From NCBI GenBank assembly GCA_017499595.2, contig CM039000.1, positions 1,984,001 to 2,048,000 of the forward strand: a DNA stretch of 64,000 bases. The letters are read 5' to 3'. Below the pieces are notes generated by a model, which did no database searches, was not told where the DNA came from, and worked only from the letters and a program-made list of their open reading frames with translations. This DNA comes from Psilocybe cubensis. Lineage: Eukaryota. Positions 49,401 to 59,503 of the stretch are shown one piece after another. Every line of letters starts with the position of its first letter. Within the stretch, counting starts at the first letter, position 1. A program made the translations under genes and the position numbers.

Positions 49401-52400
49401 AGAGAATGCATAAAAATCCCAAGTTTTATCAGGTAGGATCAGATGGACAAATTAAACCACAGCAACAGGGAGTAGAAGAAATCATCATGGAAAGCGTCGA
49501 CCTACTGAGGCAAACGAAGCTCATCACACACATCGAATATGGTGCTGATGCTGGGAAGCTAGTTTCTACGCAATACGGAGAAATAATGAGCAAAGTGAGC
49601 TAATTTCACAAATTGCCAAAACAAAAATACCAATGCTTTGACAGTACTATATCCGACGTGCTACGGTATAGTTTTATCATCCTGAGTTGTTTGTCTGTCT
49701 AAATTCCATTTCCATTTAGATGGAAATCATTTTAGCTCTGCCAGATCGTGCAAGCCTCAGGGATATTGTGATTATCTCCTGATTTGCTCACTCCTGCATT
49801 AATCATACTAATAGTGTCGGCGTTAGCTGGAACCAATATGTGGAGCAGACGAGTGGGTGATTAGTCCTCACGATAGAGATAATGCCTCCCTATTGCCTCC
49901 AATAGATTCCAGGACGTCAAATTGCGAAACTCTGAGAAACGAGTAAGGTTGTTATTCTATGTCGATGTGTGGTGATTGAATATCATATCCGAAGATTTTC
50001 AACATTCTCAAACAGGACCCTGAAATTCGCTTTCCTGTCAAAAAAGTTGATAAAACACAGGATAAGGTGTTTATTCTTGTTCAGGTGTGCAGAGTGCATT
50101 TTGATGAAAAGGATCGTAACACATTTTTACATGTCAAAAAGGCAGTATTGGGAGGAATCTCGTTAAATAGTGCTGAGTATAGAAGCTCTGACAGCCAACC
50201 CCACATGGAGGCGTTTTCTGTTTTCAAGCACATAGCTAGGATATCGAGAGGTGAAGTCTGTGTCTCGTTCACTACTGCACTCTATTCACAATATAATGCT
50301 ACAGCTGTTTGCGATGTTTCAATCGTCAAAAAAGATGGTCTTCAAATCAAGAACAGCCTGGAACTGTAAGTATTTTTATTATCATTTCTTCGAGAATCTT
50401 ACCAGTATAATTTTAGATTCCGATGCCTCTCAGCTAAATCATGGGAGGACAGAGCCATTGTCTTTAGACAAATTGAGCAAATTGGAGAAAAATCGTGAGC
50501 ATATTGATGATTTATCGATAGTGCAAGCTAACATTGAAGGCAAAACCTATTTTAGAATAAAAGTTCAATCCTTTGAATGCGTTTCCCGAAGGAAGCTCAC
50601 TTTCTCCAACAGGTCCTAGCCGAAAATGGGATTACCTCTTTCGAAAAGTTGAGAAGACAGGACCCTCTCAGGATTGAGACTGTATGTCCACTCCTTACCA
50701 TTATCGAAGCGTATAGATACTTATCATACGAGTGATCTAGCTGCTAAATCGTCGAGCTCCATTTGGAATGGAAGTACTAAGATCCCTTGCAGAATTTCCG
50801 CAGTATATTGTTACTATCAAGGAAATTAGCGTAGAATCAGACGGTGGAAAGAGTCCCGTCCAAGTCGATCTTCAAATTCGCTGTGGGCTAGCTGAAGATA
50901 AAGACAGCGGATTTAAGATCCGCAAGCAGCGGGGACGCTCCTTTAACATGACTTCAATTTTGACTCTGACATCCGATATGGACTTGGTCGATCTTCGACG
51001 CATTCCGTAAGTAGAAACAACTTAACTCTACAGACTTTAATATCAGGATTTCTAGGACATTAGCCCTCAAAACTCCAAAAACGTTTGAAGTGAGGGTTGA
51101 ATTAGGAAAACCCAGCCAAGGCGTTATTGTCATTGCTGCAACTGTAAAGACTGGAACCCAGTTCAATCATTTCTACTCACCCATTTGTCTACGTAGGAAA
51201 CTGTTGCAGGTGTTTCTGTGCAAGAGACATATAAACCAGATATCATGGCTAGTGAATATCCAACATTAGACACCCGCCCCCTTTCTTCGGTGGTATGTTA
51301 TTTACTGCAAACAGCCATTGACTTTTGTTTTGCATTTCTCAATATCATTATCAGGAAAGGGATCTTATCGGTCTTGATGACGATCCAGATTTTTGGAATA
51401 TGGACCTTGATAACAGCGATGGTGTCCAACGTGAATGCTTAACAATCGGCGGTGTGTTACACAGGTTTCGTACGTTTTTCATTGTGTTTCACCCTGACCT
51501 TCCATAGACCAAATCATGGATACACAAAGTCGACCCAAATCTACTGCAAAAGAGATTCGTGGCCGGACTCTGGAATCAAATCCTCGGGCTGATGGGCGGT
51601 TTGAGTGCAATCATTCCTGTAAGAATAAAACCAAATGTCAGCATCTATGGTACGTGGTCCAGGATCGATGGAACAATTACAGAAAAATATTGAAACCATC
51701 TTATAAAGCTGCAATAAAGGTTTATCAGCGCCCCCACCTCCCTCGAAAAAAAGGGGGCAAGATTCAAGCGCCTCTACTGCAAGAAAAGTTGGCCCCTCGT
51801 CGACCTCTGTCACCCAAAAAGAGAGCAAAGTCCTCCGCGAACTAGACAAAATTCACGAGAGAACTCAAATTGTTGACAATCTCTCTATAATACCAGGCAA
51901 AAGACTAAAAACAGAATCACAACGGCCATCAAAAAGAAAACGTGAACACTCCCTCGAACATTCTATCTCTTTTACAGACGTAGTCGATCGAAACGCACAT
52001 AAGATACACACCCCGCCGGAATCCTTAAGCGATTCGGATGAACTTCCCGAAGTTATCCTCTCCACTGAAAAAATTCCACAACTTAACAACAGAGAAAGGA
52101 CAAAAGTATCGCCTAAACCTTTTCAAGGATCCTCCTCAAACTTCAAAAAATACAACCATGGAGGCCACGAGCAAAAAATGAAGCTGTCCACGGGATGTGT
52201 ATCTGATACGTCGTACCAGGACAAGGATGTTGACAGGACATGCCAAAAAAGGGCGGACGATTCGTTATTTCTAGCATCTTCAGACAGCGAAGGATCCATC
52301 GAGATAATATCACGGTCAGTCAGCCCAGCAACCATTCATCGAAACACAGATGCAACACCCAAAGAAGAGAAATGCGACGCGACTTACGAGGTTGCCACTG

Positions 52401-52537
52401 CGGTGATCGAAGAAAAGTCGAAAAGAAACGAAATGCCATTGTTAGTACAGGTTGAGGGGGCGGATGAAAGTTTGGAGCAAGATGATTTCGCCGAGTTAGA
52501 CAATTGGCTTCAAAGCGGCACGGTGGATATTGTCTGA
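46405..52537 (+). CDS. MER3: Meiotic ATP-dependent DNA helicase Mer3/HFM1 (Ski2-like + Sec63 + zinc finger), more than 30 exons
   Basis: FGVFNAVQ, APTGSGKTVLFELA, ELTGD, EKWDSLTR, DEVH..RGSTLEV, SATVPN, GVHHAG, LAVGVNLPAH, QMLGRAGRPQF, LESSLH.NLAEHINSEI, C-terminal CNHSCKNKTKCQHLCC. Confidence 0.92.
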
Positions 52538-52607
52538 ACATTGTGTTGCACAACTTTGCACAAAGGTCGTGTATCAGATTAATATTGTAAATTAATAAAC
52601 GAGTCAA

Positions 52608-54105
52608 TCATGGCGAAGTAGATTCTTGCGGAGGATCTACAAATACTCGCAGCGCGTTTTTGAAACGGGGATCCCAAGTGACACTGGTGGATGGTTTGAT
52701 AATATTCCAGCCGTCTACGTCATTGCGCCATCTTCGTTCCTTTTTTAATCTTTCTGCACGAAGCTCGACCTCTGTAGGAGGTGGGTTCTCAAGCTCAGCT
52801 TTTGTGGGCTCTCGTGTGCCCCGCGCAAGTTCGCGTGCTGTTGCCAGTTTGCCGGCAAGAGATTCGTAATACTTTGTCCTGATTTCTTCAATATCTTTAG
52901 GGAGGTCCTTTAACGATTTTTTGTAGTAGCTTTCGGCCTGTTTGTCAAAGTCCAAATCTCCAAGATTCTGCTCTTGAATATCTCCATCGGGAGCCGCCTG
53001 TTGGTCTAAGCTTTCTGGAACCTCTATCGGACGTGAAATATTCATAACCAGTCGATATCCCGCCTGTGCTCCAGCAAGAACTTTATGCCGCTGGTTGAAA
53101 AAATCCCAAATCATGAGTGGGATTTGAGAGATGCCAATGTAGTCCGTGAATGACACAAGTAATAACGGAGGAAGCGGTGGAATGACAGCTGGAACATCGG
53201 TCGGTAAAGAAGGACTTTGCTGCGAGTTTTGAGCAAAGGAAGGTCGAATTTGCAGCGGTGAAAAGACGGGTGATGTCTGAGCAGACAAAGGCGGGGACTT
53301 CTTCGATGGTTCGTCCATGTCAAAGTCTCTCGGGTCTTCAGGTTCGTCAAAGTGACTGTCGTTCTCTAGTATACGTGCCAGTTCCTCGTCCTCGTCCACC
53401 TTTTCCAGGCCGGAAGTCCAACCTTTCTTGAGCCCGGCCATAAATTCTTTGAAAGTAGGACGGCCGATAATCACAATGCCACCTTCAAGTTCATTCTGAC
53501 GTCTGACAGCCGGGGACCTGTATGTTGGAAGCGCCTTCCTCACGTCCGAGTCTATGTCGATTTCCAGGTCAAGTCGTCTTCTTAACCTAATGTCTTCTGC
53601 AACACGTTTCATAATTTCACCATGCCGCTTTCCGGGAATCATTTCATAGTCAACACCAGCAGCAATAAGTATGGGCTGTTTAGTTGTGAATACAAGTGCA
53701 CAAGTTAGCTGGTCTGATTGTAATACAAGAAGGCATTCCGACCTTGACATACTTCCGGAAGTACCTGAGGCTCTGATCATAGTCCTCATCCGCCGGCCAC
53801 TTCGAACCATACACAGTAACCTTGCGCAGGACTTCAAACGGGTCGGCTGGTACCTCTGAAAGGTGCTTCACTTTTTCGACGTACTCCTGACGGATTTGCT
53901 TGCATCTCCGTCGGTCATACGCATACAGCCCGACAACTGACGAGGTGACGGAGAGAAATATGAGCCAGTTTCTGGAAGGCAATTTCGGGCGCTTGTCGAG
54001 CCATGACGGTGGGATGCCTGTGTATGAAAGGACGGTCCTCACACCCGACCTTCTGACAGGAGGGACAAAAGAGTTGTCCGAGGGTGGTGGTGGAGGAGTT
54101 GACAT
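52608..54105 (-). CDS. TIM54: Mitochondrial inner membrane translocase subunit Tim54
   Basis: KLPSRNWLIF..YDRR, FRKYVKPILIAAGVDYE, IGRPTFKEFMAGL, FFNQRH; one intron around 53678-53742. Confidence 0.93.
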
Positions 54106-54281
54106 AGCGAGTCAACGCGAACGACTACAGCTTTAGGATCAAAACTTTTTTGGAGCGCCAACGCATAGCCGTTTTGGGAAAGGTACTCGGCCCGCTCTTC
54201 CATGGCCTTGCTGTTAAGTAAGGCTCCCCTACTGTGAAATTCGTCCATCAAATGTTGGCATCATGTTTGTTGATGATACTT

Positions 54282-54443
54282 ATGCCAAACAAAAGAATGA
54301 CCGTTCCCCTGTCTAATGGTGCACAAAATGTTCACACGTTGTTTACTCGACCCGACGATGCCAAACAAAAGATTGACCGATCCCCGTCTAATGGTGCACA
54401 AAATGTTCACACGTTGTTTGTCGACCCTCTCACTGCCAAACAA
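54282..54443 (+). repeat. About 76-bp tandem direct repeat (2 full units plus partials)
   Basis: ATGCCAAACAAAAGA..GACCG..CCC.GTCTAATGGTGCACAAAATGTTCACACGTTGTTT starts at 54282 and 54358; a third TGCCAAACAAA at 54434. Confidence 0.9.
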
Positions 54444-54528
54444 AGCCCAGATAGTTTACTGTTGGTTCGCTGCCCATCTAATCTTCGAACGTTATTTGCT
54501 CCATTCCATACCTAGTAAACAAATGCCA

Positions 54529-54592
54529 CTTAGCTACTAAGTTCTACGTCTCTTGAGAGACGTTTGAGAGACGTAGAACTTGAGTAGCTAAG
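54529..54592. repeat. Near-perfect 25-bp inverted repeat (hairpin)
   Basis: CTTAGCTACTAAGTTCTACGTCTCT ... AGAGACGTAGAACTT(G)AGTAGCTAAG, with one bulge. Confidence 0.9.
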
Positions 54593-55290
54593 GAAAACAG
54601 CACAAAAGGGGAGGCACCCTGATTTTATCTTGATTTTATTATACTGATCAATCTCTGTATTCTCTATCCCCAAAGGTTTACCTCTTTTTACTGACTGCTT
54701 GTCTTGCTCTTTTGTGATTGCTGTATGACTTTTTGATGTGTGATGACTTGTATCTACATACTCTTAGAATCACTGTTTTGTGATGTCTCTTTTATAAGTT
54801 GTGCTGATGTGGTCTGTTATATATCTACTCTATGTTCTACAGTCTACGAGTCAGTTGCGACGTGCGTGATAGAACTTTGCTTGAAGGCTTTGTTGGTATT
54901 GGAGTGTGCTTTGTCTATTCTCATTGAGCATAATTTGTTGCTTTGTTTAGGGCCTCTAACCTTATATATTTGCCACAAGTCTAGTCTTTTCTTCTGTCTT
55001 TTCTGTCGGGCAATTAGAAAAAAATTCAGACAGCACAACTTATATAAATTGAGGAAATACCTTAGAGAAAAATAATCAGGAGTTTTTTTCCTGTTGGTGT
55101 TGCTTGTACATGTAGAATAAAGATGGCGCCGTAGGCGGTCAGCAAGGCCCAATTGCCAACGGCAATCTTTGATTACAATTTACAAATAATATTCGACTGT
55201 AACATGAACATAATAGACAAAGGAGAAAACATATAAGTAATACAATACATCTTCAAGTTCCACTGCCAGTGACGCCAGCATGAAGATAAT

Positions 55291-57283
55291 TCACTCTCGA
55301 TCCGAAGCTTTCTCCAGTTGCTGTCGTTTCCGTGAACCACCCCTTGAATAAAGTCAGTAAAACCCCAAGTCAGAAATGCATAGGCACTCACACCCCAGTA
55401 TCCAAGCCCCTCTTTTTACCCGTCTTTGCCTCATCCAGGAATTGGTTCAGGCCGAAGACATCACCCGTGTCCTTCTCAAATTGCACTGGTCCTTCCCTGA
55501 CTTCCTGGTCTTTAGCACCTTCGAAGCCGATTCGTGCCTGACCAAGGTTAAATCGATCATTATCGAGCGCTTTCCCTATGCCTTCGTCTGTACCGCCACC
55601 GAACGAATCTTCATTACCCTCCTCAATATTACCTCTAGCTTTGTAAATTGCGGCGGCAGCAGTCGAGCCGTGGAACAGAGGTCGGTCGTACAGATTGTAA
55701 GAATCATCGTCTGCAAAGTTACCAGACAATGATTCTTGATTGAACAAGCGCGAATCTAGCATTGATTCCTTTGACAAGGTCGGTTTTGCAAGACCCAGTG
55801 CGACCTTCTCTGAAATATCGCGATTCTGTTGCCGAGCGAGCATCTTGGCACGTTGTTCCTGGCCCATGTTGTTCATCCTCAACTCTCGTTCGCGTTCTCT
55901 CCTCTTTTCCTGCCTCATTTCGTCACGGATTCTGCGGGCCTCTTCATCTTCAGCGCTATCTTCAGAAGCATCTGATTCGTCACCACTTTCGCTGTCACTT
56001 CCATAGGCAGCTAATGACGACTTCATAGCAGCTTGGGATTGCGCAGTTGGCTTCTGTGGAACACCTCCACGTTCCTCCCGTGCTCTCTGGGCCAAAAGAC
56101 GAAGTGTTTCTTCCTTGGATTCCTTCTCCTTTTGTGCAAGTTTTTGTTGCATCAAAGATCGTTGGCGCACTTCCTCCCTTGCATGTCGGTCTGCAACAAA
56201 CAAAGCTTCGGAAAACTTTGCAAAGTTGTCGTTGATATGAATCTGCAGCATAGTTTGTGAGCTGTACGAAAGTGTGTAAAGGCAAATAGCTTACATCTTG
56301 TAAACCTCTTCCATCGGCAGCGAGACGCTTGTCAAGAGGGATAGTAAAACCTTTGTTATTCTTCCAATTTGAGATACACGGAGGAATCATCCATTCTTTT
56401 TGCTCTGCGGCCGTAGCCTTTCGGGGAGGGCTTCGCAATACAGGAGGAGGCGGACTGGGTGGTCCTCGAGGAATCTTCTTGTGTTTGAACCTGGGAGGCT
56501 CCAAAGGGTCTTCAACTACTTCCGACATTTTGATTATGCGCTGCTTTAAAGCACCCTGACCATTCTGCTGCCCAGGAGTATACCGAATAAATGATGTCTT
56601 TCCCTGACTGTCCGGGACGTTTTTGGGCTGCGCAGCCTTGATTTTACCATTGACCAACTTTTCAAGGGCCAGACGAGTTTTTTCAGCAGTTTCCTGAACT
56701 TCTTCCTCGGAGGGGCGTTCCATGACCTTGTCTTTATCATCTAAATCCTTCCTATGCGCAAGAGGCACTAGATCCTTGAACTGGGATTGGACCTTCTTCC
56801 CTTCGCGCTGCCCTTGCTGGGCAATAGCATCATATCGGACATTTCCTTCGCTATCGACTTGTAATGCAAGAGTGTTTCCAGATGATGCCTGAGTAAAATG
56901 CCTAAGAAACAGCCAGATATGATGGATGTAGCTGAACGTACCTGCTTCTTACCCATCCCTAGAGGATACTGAGCAACATGACATTCAGGGTAAGCACCAC
57001 CGTCGCCTAAATCAAGTTTAGCACAAGAACGTGAATGAACTCTTGAGCAGTGTACGTACCGAAATCCTCTAACGAAGATGGTTTCCATCCTATTCGTTGA
57101 CCATAGGGTGGGACGACTGCTCGGGTAATGACAGTGGTGGATTGAGAAATAACCTGCTTTGGGATATCTTCTTCGTCATCTGAGACGGCAGGGGCGTGTA
57201 CAGGTTGTGGTAGTAAACTGCCATTGATAAGCTTGCGTTTACATATGCCATTAACAGGGAACTTACGAAGCCAAGGCAGCCAT
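55291..57283 (-). CDS. PRP45: Pre-mRNA splicing factor Prp45/SKIP (SNW domain)
   Basis: FGDGGAYPECHVAQYPL, DPLEPPRFKHKKIPRGPPSPP, WMIPPCISNWKNNKGFTIPLDKRLAADGRGL, RDISEKVALG, DSRLFNQ, GPVQFEKD. Confidence 0.97.
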
Positions 57284-57763
57284 GGTAGATGATAGAATAG
57301 AGAGCAATTACAAGCAGGAACTTCAAAGGTGCTGACTGGATTCTTTGTTTGTCCGTGTTATATTCTAAAGAACATGGACAAATACCCAAATTGGCATGTG
57401 CCATGGAGAGAGCTTCGACACTAAAAATTTATGGTTCACTTTTTAAAACTGAACCTGAAATCTAAACCAAAATATGAACTCGTGATTTTTTCCTGGAGTA
57501 CACATTTTACCCCGAAGTTTAGATTTCTCCCAGGGTTCACATTTATGAAATTCTGCGAGTTCAGATTAAATTTTGGAGTACAGTTTTCAACCTAGAGCCA
57601 CAGTGGGGCACGTGTCCGTCACTAATCACAATGCCACAGTGGGGCACACCTCACCTCGCTTTGAGCTCACCGTTGATCACGATGTGCCATGCAATGGCAC
57701 AGGGCCCCGTCGCAGTTCTTTTTAAGTAGCACATCTGCATAAGTTGTGTTATCTCTTGCCTTC

Positions 57764-58341
57764 ATGTTGTCGCTCTCTTCTCTTGTTGACTGTCTGCACC
57801 GTGATATACTGGACAGCTGCTCTCTTACCGACATAGACCGGTTCATTCGCATATGTTGTAGTCTTTTCTCAGAAATCAAACTATGTGTTAAAGACGTCAA
57901 TCAAGCACCCCATGTCCTCCCGGCATATATCCAAAGTTTGCTGGTTGAGGTTCTCCAGCTCGACAGCCTTCTTGTATCCTATCTATGGAACTCGCTCAAA
58001 GATGTTATCTGGAAAGCTTCACTTGGAAATGATCAATCTGATCACACATCCTTAACTGATAAGGAAAAGGTTTCAATAGATCATGCTGGAAGCAAGCCCA
58101 CAACTCATAAAAATGAGTGCATTGGTACGTAATGTTGCTACCCTTACTGTAACCTGGATCTCATTTTTCTGGTGCAAATCTAGGCTCCGTCATGTTCTAT
58201 CCTCCTATGAGCCATTGCACGGCTTGTAAAGAAAGCCTTTCATCTATTTCCCGCATATCTATTACGTTCTTTTCTTCAAAGAATGGTATACATGCAACGA
58301 AGGGTTACTCAACTTCGCTCAAATGTAAAAAGTGCCGAATA
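57764..58341 (+). pseudogene. 5' fragment of a CxC5/CxC6-type KDZ transposase-associated gene
   Basis: Exon 1 ...RFIRICCSLFSEIKL..PHVLPAYIQSLLVEVL..LWNSLKDVIW; intron 58125-58183; exon 2 FYPPMSHCTAC...ITFFSSKNG...SLKC, resembling the start of the CxC5 cysteine cluster, then truncated. Confidence 0.65.
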
Positions 58342-58620
58342 AGGTGTGTTTGGACTGTTGCCTAGTTTATTGAACGGTAATACTTTATGTGGGGTTCTGG
58401 GCACTTGCAATAGTGCTTGTTGGAATGTTGTTGGTGTGGGAAATGGTAAAACCTCTCCAATACCACGTTCTCGCACCCATCCAACAAAGTGAGAGGTAGG
58501 TGGTGGAGCGGTACATGCTTCGTACCAAAGTCCTTTGTGCTCGGGTACTTTAGTTCCACGACACAGTCGAATGTTGACACTGTAATCACATCCAGGATGC
58601 GGGCAGGGTCTTTGAGCCAT
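58309..58620 (-). pseudogene. 5' fragment of a convergent transposon accessory gene with a GRF-like zinc finger
   Basis: MAQRPCPHPGC...RLCRG...HKGLWYEAC...HFVGW; runs head-on into the CxC5 fragment at about 58330-58340. Confidence 0.5.
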
Positions 58621-59503
58621 GGTAGGTTTCAAGTCTACGTGCAATTTGGACCTGCAAGTAGATGGACGTTGAGAAGAGGGAATAAATAACGACGCCTCAC
58701 ATCATGTATTTAAACCACTGGCCAGTCAATATAGGCATTGTGCCATTTTACTAATGGCACGCGCGTGTCCACGCATGGCTATTGACGCGTTATGGTCACA
58801 TGTGGACAACCGGATAAAAAGTGAACTGTTTAGTAGAAAACTGAACTATGGCACAAAAAGTAAACTTTTACAAAATTTCACCGAGTTCACATTTCAAGTT
58901 CAGATTATTTGGGCAAGTTCACTTTCTGGTTCAGATTTCAAGTTCAGAAAAATATCTGTACTGTAAATTTCTACTGTCGAACTTCTGGCCATGGACGCGA
59001 TTGATTTATACTAACTTACTACGGTCAAAACTTGATATTCCTTATCCTCAACATACAGCAGAATCCTTACCCATAATTCTGAATTCAGGCTTGTCTGGAA
59101 GTAGTGCCACTATACGAGCGTATGATGATATAATCATTCACAAGTTGAAGACCTTGGGGTTTACTTGTTTCCTGTTGTTATAGGCAATGTTCTTCCCTTT
59201 CGAAGAACCAACGCGATACTAAAGTGCTCTCCTGCAATGTTCGTCGCAATGATCTTCGTTCTCTTATGGGTATATTCCAAAACGCCCTTATTTGTATCCT
59301 TGTTCTCCATCATGAGTGCAATCCCAAATGATTAGAGTGACTACTCTTTCATCCCGCTAATCGTATACCCTGATGCAGTTTTCAAGTTGGTGGTTATCAC
59401 GGCAGTCGTAATATATTAACTTATAATTTGTCCTTTAAATCCACTATGGTATCATAAATGTCGTACTTAAATATCAGGATGCATACAAGTCCACAAAGCC
59501 GAA

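Larger units (their letters stand above)
54204..55149. mobile_element. Probable non-autonomous TIR DNA transposon remnant (about 946 bp)
   Basis: Perfect 10-bp inverted termini GGCCTTGCTG (54204-54213) / CAGCAAGGCC (55140-55149), extending imperfectly to about 25 bp. Internal tandem repeats, a hairpin and a CpG-depleted body. TSD not clean (CAT vs CAA). Confidence 0.55.
57408..58987. mobile_element. Internally deleted KDZ-superfamily (Kyakuja-Dileera-Zisupton-type) DNA transposon, 1580 bp
   Basis: 8-bp direct repeat GCCATGGA at 57400-57407 and 58988-58995. About 75-bp imperfect TIRs (GAGAGCTTCGACACTAAAAATTTA... vs CAGAAGTTCGACAGTAGAAATTTA...). Many subterminal GTTCA/TGAAC motifs and an internal CxC5-type gene fragment. 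Confidence 0.8.

Noticed and set aside
54282-54443. CRISPR-like repeat array
   Set aside because: Eukaryotic DNA; the whole 76-bp unit is duplicated with no unique spacers and there are no cas genes.
54512-54592. Helitron 3' end (hairpin followed by CTAG on the minus strand)
   Set aside because: CTAG is followed by G rather than T, the hairpin is longer than typical, no 5' TC/A junction was found, and it lies inside a TIR-bounded region.
54740-55152. 111-aa and 102-aa ORFs in the AT-rich element body
   Set aside because: Compositionally biased, no recognisable domain, lie in CpG-decayed repeat sequence.
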